A DNA stretch of 64,000 nt, from positions 20,460,001 through 20,524,000 of the forward strand of contig CM069136.1 in the NCBI GenBank assembly GCA_035221665.1. The letters are read 5' to 3'. The translations under genes were made by a program, and so were the position numbers. This DNA comes from Okamejei kenojei. Lineage: Eukaryota. Below the pieces are notes generated by a model, which saw only the letters and a program-made list of their open reading frames with translations, ran no database searches and was not told the DNA's origin. Shown here piece by piece: positions 15,701-30,200 of the stretch; position 1 is the stretch's first letter, and every line of letters starts with the position of its first letter.

Positions 15701-18700
15701 CCAATGAGCAAAAATTATTGAAAGGAAATTCAACCCTATTCCTTAAACATTCAGCATGATCTTTCCTTACATATATGAAAATAAAATTAATACTCACACG
15801 ATGCCGCAGAGAAAATATTGCGACAAGCAAGTAGTCAGTTTATCTGTCATATCAGTAAATGAATCTGTTTTTCAATTGTGTATGCTCATCGCAACACCTT
15901 TACCCACCCACTGCCGCTTCCTTGTATTTTGCACATTCACCCTCTGCATCAGGTTGCCACTCTTCCTTTATATTCCATTGCAGTGACAATTCTCCAACTT
16001 TTGCCCATTTCCCTGAATGCCTGTAACCTGAAACATAAGCTTTGGCACTTGGGCAAAAGATGCTGGACAGCCACCTCAGAAATGTCTAACCTCGTCAGAA
16101 TTTGCTCAGTATTTGACATTTGTTTTCAAAATCACAAATGTATTGGTGGGTGTCAAATAATTTGATCTGGAAATACATATATATCACATGGTGTTCTCTC
16201 GGTATGTGGTTTTTGCTGCAGTTGTAGTAATGCCTGTTCCTCAGTTGGGATGTGCCCCACAGATCAAATATAATAAGAAATGATAATAATTACAATTGAG
16301 TGAGAGACTGTCATTTTTGTATGCACGATAATTATAACATGGTTTCAATGACATATACAATAGGCGAGTGGAGTGAATGAATCCATCATTTTTCCTGTTG
16401 CTGTGTTCACACTTTTTATCGCAATGCTTTGGACCTGTTATGACTGACCTGGGGGCTGAATGGGCACACAAGCCAATTTGTAGTTTCACCATTAACAACA
16501 TCGTCTCAAGAGCAGAGACGCTGTTAATGATATTTGTCATCAATTTCTTGGTTAATGCCATAAATTGACAATGTTCTGTTAAAAGACTGCATCATTTCAC
16601 ACATCGTAAACAACACTTTTAGTGAATGGCGTTTTAACCAATGGGCTGTTTTCAAAGGAGCCATGCTTGATGTATACATATTTCATTATTCTGATTTGTA
16701 TCCTAGAAATTATTACCTGAACACACCTTAACCAGCACATTGAAAAGTTGGCTTTACATACAAGATAAACTTATCATGAACTCAGACTCACAGGTGGTTG
16801 GGCCAGGAGTTGCAGGGATCCCCGTCACTGAAATTGTACTTAGTGCTGTAATGAAGAAAGGATATCAGGAAGCATTAATTATTCAAAGGAATTCAACACA
16901 TTTCAAAAAAAACTATCGGCATGGTCCTTTCAACATGGCTGAAAAGGAAGAATGTCTGTGCTTGGTGCAGCAGAGAAGATTCTGTTAGACTGAAAGACAA
17001 CCTCTACTTTTATAATTTCAGGAAATGAGCATGCTTTTCAATTGTGTAAGTCCTTTGCAACAGCCCTTGACTTCATTAACCATCCACTAGCATTCTCTTT
17101 TATCTTGCACAATCAACTCAGTCTCTGATGAAGTCGCAACTCCTTTATACCCTGTAGTCGTGACAATCCCTCCACATTTTGCATTTGTTCCATGTCTCTA
17201 AATGTGTCATCTGCATCTATTCATCATCATGTTGAAAATAATTTGATCTAAAACTTGATCAATGGCTCTTGGGCAAAGCATGCTGGCCAGTCAATTCAGA
17301 AATGACATTGATCTCATTTTGCTTACCTAGTCAGAACATGCCCAGTTTTCCCAATTTAATTTCCTATTTCATTGCAGACACAAATATTCCAATATTCAGC
17401 AATGAACATAGATCCCATGACCTCAATACACCTACACTTTTACATCAATTACTTGGTTTTAAACCTGAGACAAACTTGGGAAGATTTGCTACTTACAAGT
17501 CGGGGATGAGCTTGCGGCTGGAGTGCTGCCGGTCCCTGCAGTTGTAGATGGCGCAGCGGTGGCTAGAGGATACCAATGAGCAAAAATTATTGAAAGGAAA
17601 TTCAACCCTATTCCTTAAACATTCAACATGATCTTTCCTTACATATATGAAAATAAAATTAATACTCACACGATGCCGCAGAGAAAATATTGCGACAAGC
17701 AAGTAGTCAGTTTATCTGTCATATCAGTAAATGAATCTGTTTTTCAATTGTGTATGCTCATCGCAACACCTTTACCCACCCACTGCCGCTTCCTTGTATT
17801 TTGCACATTCACCCTCTGCATCAGGTTGCCACTCTTCCTTTATATTCCATTGCAGTGACAATTCTCCAACTTTTGCCCATTTCCCTGAATGCCTGTAACC
17901 TGAAACATAAGCTTTGGCACTTGGGCAAAAGATGCTGGACAGCCACCTCAGAAATGTCTAACCTCGTCAGAATTTGCTCAGTATTTGACATTTGTTTTCA
18001 AAATCACTAATGTATTGGTGGGTGTCAAATAATTTGATCTGGAAATACATATATATCACATGGTGTTCTCTCGGTATGTGGTTTTTGCTGCAGTTGTAGT
18101 AATGCCTGTTCCTCAGTTGGGATGTGCCCCACAGATCAAATATAATAAGAAATGATAATAATTACAATTGAGTGAGAGACTGTCATTTTTGTATGCACGA
18201 TAATTATAACATGGTCTCAATGAATATACAATAGGCGAGTGGAGTGAATGAATCCATCATTTTTCCTGTTGCTGTGTTCACACTTTTTATCGCAATGCTT
18301 TGGACCTGTTATGACTGACCTGGGGGCTGAATGGGCACACAAGCCAATTTGTAGTTTCACCATTAACAACATCGTCTCAAGAGCGGAGACGCTGTTAATG
18401 ATATTTGTCATCAATTTCTTGGTTAATGCCATAAATTGACAATGTTCTGTTAAAAGACTGCATCATTTCACACATCGTAAACAACACTTTTAGTGAATGG
18501 CGTTTTAACCAATGGGCTGTTTTCAAAGGAGCCATGCTTGATGTATACATATTTCATTATTCTGATTTGTATCCTAGAAATTATTACCTGAACACACCTT
18601 AACCAGCACATTGAAAAGTTGGCTTTACATACAAGATAAACTTATCATGAACTCAGACTCACAGGTGGTTGGGCCAGGAGTTGCAGGGATCCCCGTCACT

Positions 18701-21700
18701 GAAATTGTACTTAGTGCTGTAATGAAGAAAGGATATCAGGAAGCATTAATTATTCAAAGGAATTCAACACATTTCAAAAAAAAACTATCGGCATGGTCCT
18801 TTCAACATGGCTGAAAAGGAAGAATGTCTGTGCTTGGTGCAGCAGAGAAGATTCTGTTAGACTGAAAGACAACCTCTACTTTTATAATTTCAGGAAATGA
18901 GCATGCTTTTCAATTGTGTAAGTCCTTTGCAACAGCCCTTGACTTCATTAACCATCCACTAGCATTCTCTTTTATCTTGCACAATCAACTCAGTCTCTGA
19001 TGAAGTCGCAACTCCTTTATACCCTGTAGTCGTGACAATCCCTCCACATTTTGCATTTGTTCCATGTCTCTAAATGTGTCATCTGCATCTATTCATCATC
19101 ATGTTGAAAATAATTTGATTCTAAAACTTGATCAATGGCTCTTGGGCAAAGCATGCTGGCCAGTCAATTCAGAAATGACATTGATCTCATTTTGCTTACC
19201 TAGTCAGAACATGCCCAGTTTTCCCAATTTAATTTCCTATTTCATTGCAGATATTTCCAATATTCAGCAATGAACATAGATCCCATGACCTCAATACACC
19301 TACACTTTACATCAATTACTTGGTTTTAAACCTGAGACAAACTTGGGAAGATTTGCTACTTACAAGTCGGGGATGAGCTTGCGGCTGGAGTGCTGCCGGT
19401 CCCTGCAGTTGTAGATGGCGCAGCGGTGGCTAGAGGATACCAATGAGCAAAAATTATTGAAAGGAAATTCAACCCTATTCCTTAAACATTCAGCATGATC
19501 TTTCCTTACATATATGAAAATAAAATTAATACTCACACGATGCCGCAGAGAAAATATTGCGACAAGCAAGTAGTCATATCAGTTTATCTGTCATATCAGT
19601 ACATCAACTCATCTTTACACCTTTACCCACACCACTGCCGCTTCCTTGTATTTTGCACATTCACCCTCTGCATCAGGTTGCCACTCTTCCTTTATTTCCA
19701 TTGCAGTGACAATTCTCCAACTTTTGCCCATTTCCCTGAATGCCTGTAACCTGAAACATAAGCTTTGGCACTTGGGCAAAAGATGCTGGACAGCCACCTC
19801 AGAAATGTCTAACCTCGTCAGAATTTGCTCAGTATTTGACATTTGTTTTCAAAATTGGTGGGTGTCAAATAATATTGGGTGGTGTTCTCTCGGTATGTGG
19901 TTTTTGCTGCAGTTGTAATGCCTGTTCCTCAGTTGGGATGTGCCCCACAGATCAAATATAATAAGAAATGATAATAATTACAATTGAGTGAGAGACTGTC
20001 ATTTTTGTATGCACGATAATTATAACATGGTCTCAATGAATATACAATAGGCGAGTGGAGTGAATGAATCCATCATTTTTCCTGTTGCTGTGTTCACACT
20101 TTTTATCGCAATGCTTTGGACCTGTTATGACTGACCTGGGGGCTGAATGGGCACACAAGCCAATTTGTAGTTTCACCATTAACAACATCGTCTCAAGAGC
20201 AGGAGACGCTGTTAATGATATTTGTCATCAATTTCTTGGTTAATGCCATAAATTGACAATGTTCTGTTAAAAGACTGCATCATTTCACACATCGTAAACA
20301 ACACTTTTAGTGAATGGCGTTTTAACCAATGGGCTGTTTTCAAAGGAGCCATGCTTGATGTATACATATTTCATTATTCTGATTTGTATCCTAGAAATTA
20401 TTACCTGAACACACCTTAACCAGCACATTGAAAAGTTGGCTTTACATACAAGATAAACTTATCATGAACTCAGACTCACAGGTGGTTGGGCCAGGAGTTG
20501 CAGGGATCCCCGTCACTGAAATTGTACTTAGTGCTGTAATGAAGAAAGGATATCAGGAAGCATTAATTATTCAAAGGAATTCAACACATTTCAAAAAAAA
20601 CTATCGGCATGGTCCTTTCAACATGGCTGAAAAGGAAGAATGTCTGTGCTTGGTGCAGCAGAGAAGATTCTGTTAGACTGAAAGACAACCTCTACTTTTA
20701 TAATTTCAGGAAATGAGCATGCTTTTCAATTGTGTAAGTCCTTTGCAACAGCCCTTGACTTCATTAACCATCCACTAGCATTCTCTTTTATCTTGCACAA
20801 TCAACTCAGTCTCTGATGAAGTCGCAACTCCTTTATACCCTGTAGTCGTGACAATCCCTCCACATTTTGCATTTGTTCCATGTCTCTAAATGTGTCATCT
20901 GCATCTATTCATCATCATGTTGAAAATAATTTGATCTAAAACTTGATCAATGGCTCTTGGGCAAAGCATGCTGGCCAGTCAATTCAGAAATGACATTGAT
21001 CTCATTTTGCTTACCTAGTCAGAACATGCCCAGTTTTCCCAATTTAATTTCCTATTTCATTGCAGACACAAATATTCCAATATTCAGCAATGAACATAGA
21101 TCCCATGACCTCAATACACCTACACTTTTACATCAATTACTTGGTTTTAAACCTGAGACAAACTTGGGAAGATTTGCTACTTACAAGTCGGGGATGAGCT
21201 TGCGGCTGGAGTGCTGCCGGTCCCTGCAGTTGTAGATGGCGCAGCGGTGGCTAGAGGATACCAATGAGCAAAAATTATTGAAAGGAAATTCAACCCTATT
21301 CCTTAAACATTCAACATGATCTTTCCTTACATATATGAAAATAAAATTAATACTCACACGATGCCGCAGAGAAAATATTGCGACAAGCAAGTAGTCAGTT
21401 TATCTGTCATATCAGTAAATGAATCTGTTTTTCAATTGTGTATGCTCATCGCAACACCTTTACCCACCCACTGCCGCTTCCTTGTATTTTGCACATTCAC
21501 CCTCTGCATCAGGTTGCCACTCTTCCTTTATATTCCATTGCAGTGACAATTCTCCAACTTTTGCCCATTTCCCTGAATGCCTGTAACCTGAAACATAAGC
21601 TTTGGCACTTGGGCAAAAGATGCTGGACAGCCACCTCAGAAATGTCTAACCTCGTCAGAATTTGCTCAGTATTTGACATTTGTTTTCAAAATCACTAATG

Positions 21701-24275
21701 TATTGGTGGGTGTCAAATAATTTGATCTGGAAATACATATATATCACATGGTGTTCTCTCGGTATGTGGTTTTTGCTGCAGTTGTAGTAATGCCTGTTCC
21801 TCAGTTGGGATGTGCCCCACAGATCAAATATAATAAGAAATGATAATAATTACAATTGAGTGAGAGACTGTCATTTTTGTATGCACGATAATTATAACAT
21901 GGTCTCAATGAATATACAATAGGCGAGTGGAGTGAATGAATCCATCATTTTTCCTGTTGCTGTGTTCACACTTTTTATCGCAATGCTTTGGACCTGTTAT
22001 GACTGACCTGGGGGCTGAATGGGCACACAAGCCAATTTGTAGTTTCACCATTAACAACATCGTCTCAAGAGCGAGACGCTGTTAATGATATTTGTCATCA
22101 ATTTCTTGGTTAATGCCATAAATTGACAATGTTCTGTTAAAAGACTGCATCATTTCACACATCGTAAACAACACTTTTAGTGAATGGCGTTTTAACCAAT
22201 GGGCTGTTTTCAAAGGAGCCATGCTTGATGTATACATATTTCATTATTCTGATTTGTATCCTAGAAATTATTACCTGAACACACCTTAACCAGCACATTG
22301 AAAAGTTGGCTTTACATACAAGATAAACTTATCATGAACTCAGACTCACAGGTGGTTGGGCCAGGAGTTGCAGGGATCCCCGTCACTGAAATTGTACTTA
22401 GTGCTGTAATGAAGAAAGGATATCAGGAAGCATTAATTATTCAAAGGAATTCAACACATTTCAAAAAAAACTATCGGCATGGTCCTTTCAACATGGCTGA
22501 AAAGGAAGAATGTCTGTGCTTGGTGCAGCAGAGAAGATTCTGTTAGACTGAAAGACAACCTCTACTTTTATAATTTCAGGAAATGAGCATGCTTTTCAAT
22601 TGTGTAAGTCCTTTGCAACAGCCCTTGACTTCATTAACCATCCACTAGCATTCTCTTTTATCTTGCACAATCAACTCAGTCTCTGATGAAGTCGCAACTC
22701 CTTTATACCCTGTAGTCGTGACAATCCCTCCACATTTTGCATTTGTTCCATGTCTCTAAATGTGTCATCTGCATCTATTCATCATCATGTTGAAAATAAT
22801 TTGATCTAAAACTTGATCAATGGCTCTTGGGCAAAGCATGCTGGCCAGTCAATTCAGAAATGACATTGATCTCATTTTGCTTACCTAGTCAGAACATGCC
22901 CAGTTTTCCCAATTTAATTTCCTATTTCATTGCAGACACAAATATTCCAATATTCAGCAATGAACATAGATCCCATGACCTCAATACACCTACACTTTTA
23001 CATCAATTACTTGGTTTTAAACCTGAGACAAACTTGGGAAGATTTGCCACTTACAAGTCGGGGATGAGCTTGCGGCTGGAGTGCTGCCGGTCCCTGCAGT
23101 TGTAGATGGCGCAGCGGTGGCTAGAGGATACCAATGAGCAAAAATTATTGAAAGGAAATTCAACCCTATTCCTTAAACATTCAACATGATCTTTCCTTAC
23201 ATATATGAAAATAAAATTAATACTCACACGATGCCGCAGAGAAAATATTGCGACAAGCAAGTAGTCAGTTTATCTGTCATATCAGTAAATGAATCTGTTT
23301 TTCAATTGTGTATGCTCATCGCAACACCTTTACCCACCCACTGCCGCTTCCTTGTATTTTGCACATTCACCCTCTGCATCAGGTTGCTACTCTTCCTTTA
23401 TATTCCATTGCAGTGACAATTCTCCAACTTTTGCCCATTTCCCTGAATGCCTGTAACCTGAAACATAAGCTTTGGCACTTGGGCAAAAGATGCTGGACAG
23501 CCACCTCAGAAATGTCTAACCTCGTCAGAATTTGCTCAGTATTTGACATTTGTTTTCAAAATCACTAATGTATTGGTGGGTGTCAAATAATTTGATCTGG
23601 AAATACATATATATCACATGGTGTTCTCTCGGTATGTGGTTTTTGCTGAAGTTGTAGTAATGCCTGTTCCTCAGTTGGGATGTGCCCCACAGATCAAATA
23701 TAATAAGAAATGATAATAATTACAATTGAGTGAGAGACTGTCATTTTTGTATGCACGATAATTATAACATGGTCTCAATGGAATATACAATAGGCGAGTG
23801 GAGTGAATGAATCCATCATTTTTCCTGTTGCTGTGTTCACACTTTTTATCGCAATGCTTTGGACCTGTTATGACTGACCTGGGGGCTGAATGGGCACACA
23901 AGCCAATTTGTAGTTTCACCATTAACAACATCGTCTCAAGAGCGGAGACGCTGTTAATGATATTTGTCATCAATTTCTTGGTTAATGCCATAAATTGACA
24001 ATGTTCTGTTAAAAGACTGCATCATTTCACACATCGTAAACAACACTTTTAGTGAATGGCGTTTTAACCAATGGGCTGTTTTCAAAGGAGCCATGCTTGA
24101 TGTATACATATTTCATTATTCTGATTTGTATCCTAGAAATTATTACCTGAACACACCTTAACCAGCACATTGAAAAGTTGGCTTTACATACAAGATAAAC
24201 TTATCATGAACTCAGACTCACAGGTGGTTGGGCCAGGAGTTGCAGGGATCCCCGTCACTGAAATTGTACTTAGTG
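647..24275 (-). CDS. Internal part of a mucin-like gene: PTS domain encoded by alternating 54-nt (B) and 66-nt (A) micro-exons, 40 aa per repeat unit; 5' and 3' ends not seen
   Basis: Exon A copies: 647-712, 2520-2585, 4393-4458, 6265-6330, 8138-8203, 10010-10075, 11882-11947, 13754-13819, 15625-15690, 17497-17562, 19364-19429, 21185-21250, 23055-23120. Exon B copies: 1815-1868, 3688-3741, 5560-5613, 7433-7486, 9305-9358, 11177-11230, 13049-13102, 14919-14972, 16792-16845, 18663-18716, 20480-20533, 22350-22403, 24222-24275. Each has a pyrimidine-rich acceptor ending in AG, a GTRAGT donor, phase 1-1 and no stop. The joined peptide has 26/40 P+T+S. Damaged copies continue at ~24928-24995, ~26100-26154 and beyond. 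Confidence 0.85.
1223..1285 (-). pseudogene. Decayed third micro-exon (pseudo-exon) paralogous to exon A, present in every unit
   Basis: CAACTG-AGGAACAGGCATTACTACAACTGCA aligns with exon A CAACTGCAGGGACCGGCAGCACTCCAGCCGCA. It reads GTGITTTAAKTT and is followed in phase 1 by gagag (like a GT>GA mutated donor). There is no AG after the upstream pyrimidine-rich tract. Confidence 0.5.
1815..1868 (-). CDS. Micro-exon B (54 nt), representative copy: (S)LSTISVTGIPATPGPTT
   Basis: Minus strand reads cttcctgatatcctttcttcattacag|CACTAAGTACA...CCAACCACCT|gtgagt; symmetric phase 1-1. Confidence 0.85.
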
Positions 24276-27200
24276 CTGTAATGAAGAAAGGATATCAGGA
24301 AGCATTAATTATTCAAAGGAATTCAACACATTTCAAAAAAAACTATCGGCATGGTCCTTTCAACATGGCTGAAAAGGAAGAATGTCTGTGCTTGGTGCAG
24401 CAGAGAAGATTCTGTTAGACTGAAAGACAACCTCTACTTTTATAATTTCAGGAAATGAGCATGCTTTTCAATTGTGTAAGTCCTTTGCAACAGCCCTTGG
24501 CTTCATTAACCATCCACTAGCATTCTCTTTTATCTTGCACAATCAACTCAGTCTCTGATGAAGTCGCAACTCCTTTATACCCTGTAGTCGTGACAATCCC
24601 TCCACATTTTGCATTTGTTCCATGTCTCTAAATGTGTCATCTGCATCTATTCATCATCATGTTGAAAATAATTTGATCTAAAACTTGATCAATGGCTCTT
24701 GGGCAAAGCATGCTGGCCAGTCAATTCAGAAATGACATTGATCTCATTTTGCTTACCTAAGTCAGAACATGCCCAGTTTTCCCAATTTAATTTCCTATTT
24801 CATTGCAGACACAAATATTCCAATATTCAGCAATGAACATAGATCCCATGACCTCAATACACCTACACTTTTACATCAATTACTTGGTTTTAAACCTGAG
24901 ACAAACTTGGGAAGATTTGCTACTTACAAGTCTTGGGGATGTGCTTGCGGCTGGAGTGCTGCCGGTCCCTGCAGTTGTAGATGGCGCAGCGGTGGCTAGA
25001 GGATACCAATGAGCAAAAATTATTGAAAGGAAATTCAACCCTATTCCTTAAACATTCAGCATGATCTTTCCTTACATATATGAAAATAAAATTAATACTC
25101 ACACGATGCCGCAGAGAAAATATTGCGACAAGCAAAGTAGTCAGTTTATCTGTCATATCAGTAAATGAATCTGTTTTTCAATTGTGTATGCTCATCGCAA
25201 CACCTTTACCCACCCACTGCCGCTTCCTTGTATTTTGCACATTCACCCTCTGCATCAGGTTGCCACTCTTCCTTTATATTTCCATTGCAGTGACAATTTC
25301 TCCAACTTTTGCCCATTTCCCTGAATGCCTGTAACCTGAAACATAAGCTTTGGCACTTGGGCAAAAGATGCTGGACAGCCACCTCAGAAATGTCTAACCT
25401 CGTCAGAATTTGCTCAGTATTTGACATTTGTTTTCAAAATCACTAATGTATTGGTGGGTGTCAAATAATTTGATCTGGAAATACATATATATCACATGGT
25501 GTTCTCTCGGTATGTGGTTTTTGCTGAGTTGTAGTAATGCCTGTTCCTCAGTTGGGATGTGCCCCACAGATCAAATATAATAAGAAATGATAATAATTAC
25601 AATTGAGTGAGAGACTGTCATTTTTGTATGCACGATAATTATAACATGTTTCAATGACATATACAATAGGCGAGTGGAGTGAATGAATCCATCATTTTTC
25701 CTGTTGCTGTGTTCACACTTTTTATCGCAATGCTTTGGACCTGTTATGACTGACCTGGGGGCTGAATGGGCACACAAGCCAATTTGTAGTTTCACCATTA
25801 ACAACATCGTCTCAAGAGCAGAGACGCTGTTAATGATATTTGTCATCAATTTCTTGGTTAATGCCATAAATTGACAATGTTCTGTTAAAAGACTGCATCA
25901 TTTCACACATCGTAAACAACACTTTTAGTGAATGGCGTTTTAACCAATGGGCTGTTTTCAAAGGAGCCATGCTTGATGTATACATATTTCATTATTCTGA
26001 TTTGTATCCTAGAAATTAATTACCTGAACACACCTTAACCAGCACATTGAAAAGTTGGCTTTAACATACAAGATAAACTTATCATGAACTCAGACTCACA
26101 GGTGGTTGGGCCAGGAGTTGCAGGGGATCCCCGTCACTGAAATTGTACTTAGTGCTGTAATGAAGAAAGGATATCAGGAAGCATTAATTATTCAAAGGAA
26201 TTCAACACATTTCAAAAAAAAACTATCGGCATGGTCCTTTCAACATGGCTGAAAAGGAAGAATGTCTGTGCTTGGTGCAGCAGAGAAGATTCTGTTAGAC
26301 TGAAAGACAACCTCTACTTTATAATTTCAGGAAATGAGCATGCTTTTCAATTGTGTAAGTCCTTTGCAACAGCCCTTGGCTTCATTAACCATCCACTAGC
26401 ATTCTCTTTTTTATCTTGCACAATCAACTCAGTCTCTGATGAAGTCGCAACTCCTTTATACCTGTAGTCGTGACAATCCCCTTCCACATTTTGCATTTGT
26501 TCCATGTCTCTAAATGTGTCATCTGCATCTATTCATCATCATGTTGAAAATAATTTGATCTAAAACTTGATCAATGGCTCTTGGGCAACAGCATGCTGGC
26601 CAGTCAATTCAGAAATGACATTGATCTCATTTTGCTTACCTAGTCAGAACATGCCCAGTTTTCCCAATTTAATTTCCTATTTCATTGCAGACACAAATAT
26701 TCCAATATTCAGCAATGAACATAGATCCCATGACCTCAATACACCTACACTTTTACATCAATTACTTGGTTTTAAACCTGAGACAAACTTGGGAAGATTT
26801 GCACCTTACAAGTCGGGGATGAGCTTGCGGCTGGTGCTGCCGGTCCCTGCAGTAGTAGATGGCGCTAGAGCGGTGGCTAGAGGATATACCAATGAGCAAA
26901 AATTATTGAAAGGAAATTTCAACCCTATTCCTTAAAACATTCAGCTTGATCTCTTCCTCGTACATATATGAAAATAAAAATTAAATACTACACCGATGCC
27001 GCAGAGAGAAAATATTGCGACAAGCAAGTAGTCAGTTTTATCTGTCATATCAGTAAATGAATCTGTTTTTTCAATTGTGTATGCTCATCGCAACACCTTT
27101 ACCACCCCACCCACTGCCGCTTCGCCTTGCAATTTTGACACATCACCCTCTGCATCAGGTTGCCACTCTTCTTTATATTCCATTGCAGTGAGACAATTTC

Positions 27201-30200
27201 TCAACTTTATTTTGCCCAATTTCCTTGAATGCCTGTAACCTGAAAACATAAGCTTTGGCATTGGGCAAAGATGCTGGACAGCCACCTCAGAAATGTCAAC
27301 CTCGTCAGAATTTGCTCAGTATTTGACATTTTGTTTTCAAAAGTCACAAATGTATTGGTGGGTGTCAAATATTTGATCTGGAAATACATATATATCACAT
27401 GGTGTTCTCTCGGTATGTGGTTTTGCTGCAGTTGTAGTAATGCTGTTCCTCAGTTGGTATGTGCCCCACAGATCATATTCCCAATAAATAAGAAATGATA
27501 ATAATTACAATTGAGTGAGGAGACTGTCATTTTTGTATGCACGATAAAATTTATAACATGGTTTCAATGACATATACAATACAATAGGCGAGTGGGAGTG
27601 ACCTATGAATCCATCAAAATTTTTCCCAGTCTAGCTGAGTATTCACACTTTTTATCGCAACGCGAATGTTAGGACCTCCTGTTAGGACTGACCTGGGCCC
27701 CCCCCGGCCTCAGCTCTCTGAATGGGCACACAAGCCAATTTGTAGTTTATCACCATTAACAACATCGTTCACTCAGAGGCAGAGACGCTGTTAATGATAT
27801 TTGTCATCAATTTCTTGGTTAATGCCATCAATTGACTCAAATGTTCTGTTAAAAGACTGCATCAATTTCACAACATCTAAACAACACTTTAGTGAATGGC
27901 GATTTAACAAAAAACCAATCGGGCTGATTAAAGGAGGCCCTAACAAGGATCTTATTGATGTATACTAGTATTCATTATTCAGATTTGTATCCTAGAAATA
28001 TTACCTGAACACACCTTAACCGAGCAGCATTGAAAAGTTTGCTATACATACAATATAAACTTATCAAGAACCTCATGTACACACACAGGTGGAGTTGGGC
28101 CAGAGTTTGCAGGGATCCCATCCACTTGAAATTGTAACTTAAGTTTGAGCTGTTAAGAAAAAGGAATCAGAAGCTTACAATTATTCAAAGGACATTCAAC
28201 ACATCTCAAAAAAAAACTATCGGGCATGGACTTCAAACATGGCTGAAAAGGAAGAATTTTTGTGCTTGGTGCAGCAGCAGAATATACTGTATATACTGAA
28301 ACAGAACCAAACATCTATTTATATAACTTATGTCCATAGGAAAATGTCTCAAAATAGCATATTACAAATTGGTCTGTCTTAACAGTCCTTTGCAAACATG
28401 CCCTTCCGACTCTTCAATCTAACTCATCCACTAGCATTCTCTTTTTAATCTTGCACAATCAACTCAGTCTCTGATAATTCGGCAACACCTTTATAATACC
28501 CTGTATTCGATGACAATCCCTCCCACATTTTGCATTTGTTCCATGTCTCAAAATGTGTTCATCTGCATCTAATCCACAACATCATGTTGAAAATAATTTT
28601 TGATACTAAAAACTTGATAACACTGTGCTCATAGGGCAAAGAATTGTGGCAGGCCAGATCTCAAATCAGAAAATGATGACATTCTGAACCTCAATTTCTT
28701 GCTTACCAAGTACAAAACAATGCCCAGATTCCACAATATCATAATTTCCTATTTCATTGCATAACTAGACAAATATTCCAACTATTACAGCAATCGACTT
28801 ATAATATCCCATGACCTCAATACACCAACACATTTACATCAATTACTTGGTTTTAAACCTGAGACAACTTGGAATATTTGCCACATACAAGTCGGGGAGG
28901 AGCTGCAGGCTGTAGTGCTAGCCGGTCCACCTGCCTCATGCGTACAGATGGCGCAGCGGGTGGCTGAGGGATAAAGAGAAAAAATTATTGAAGGAAATAT
29001 CAACCCATTCCTTAAACATTCAGCATGATCTTCTTCTTACATATATGAAAATAAAATTAATACTCACACGACTGACCGCAGGGAAAAATATTGCGACATG
29101 CAAGTAGGAAGTTTATTGTCATAATCAGTAAATGAATCTTTTCAATTGTGGTATGCTCATCGAAACACCTTTACCCACCATTGCGCTTCCTTGTATTTTG
29201 CACATCACCTCATGATCAGGTAGCCACTCATCATTAAAATCCATTGCAATTGCCAAACACCACAGATAATCCAATTTCCCTGTCATTCCTTTAAACGTGA
29301 ACATAAAATCATATTCACTATTTCAAAATAATCTGTACAATCCCCCCACATAAATTTCTAACCTCGTCAGCATTTGCACAGTAATGCCATTAGTCATTCA
29401 AAATCCAAATGTCATTGGTCGGGTGTCAAATAAATTGATCTGGAAATTAATAAATATCACTGGTTGTTCTCACGGTATGTGGTTTTTAGCTGCAGTTTTG
29501 TAGTAATGCTGTTCCTCAGTTGGGATGTGCCCCACAGATCAAATATACATACTACAATATAATAATTACAAAATATTTCTGCTCACTTACATAAATTAAA
29601 TCACTCAAAAACAAATTTAAACCAATACACCCCACTTCTATATTCTATAATCCACACAAAAACCCATAAATCATATAACCCCCAAAACATCCCCCCATCA
29701 AATCCATAAATTACCTCCTTTTTTCATAAATTTCACCACAAGCCAATTTCATATTCACAATCACCAAACCACCGACTCAAGCAGCCGGAGTCGCTGCCTT
29801 AACGATAATTGTCATCAATTTCTTTCCCCGTTAATGCCATAAATTGACCACTGTTCCTGTAAAAGACTGCATAATTTCAACAATCGTAAACAACACTTTT
29901 AGTGAATGGCGTTTTATACCAATGGGCAGTTTTCAAAGGAAGCCATTGTTGATGTATACATATTTTTATTATTCTGATTTGTTATCCTAGAAATTATTAC
30001 CTGAACCACATTAACCTGCACATTGAAAAGTTGGCTTTACATACAAGATTAACTTATCATGACAGACTCCACAGGTGGTTGGCCAGGAGTTGCAGGGGAT
30101 CCCCGTCACTGAAATTGTACTTAGTGCTGTAATGAAGAAAGGATATCAGGAAAGCATTAATGATTCAAAGGAATTCAACAAACATTTCAAAAAAAAACTA

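Noticed and set aside
419-27498. Recurring 63-106 aa ORFs in the array (MGKACW..., MKSWLY..., MALTKK..., MIFPYI...)
   Set aside because: They have no recognisable domains, overlap on both strands and are disrupted variably among copies. They recur only because the DNA is repeated.
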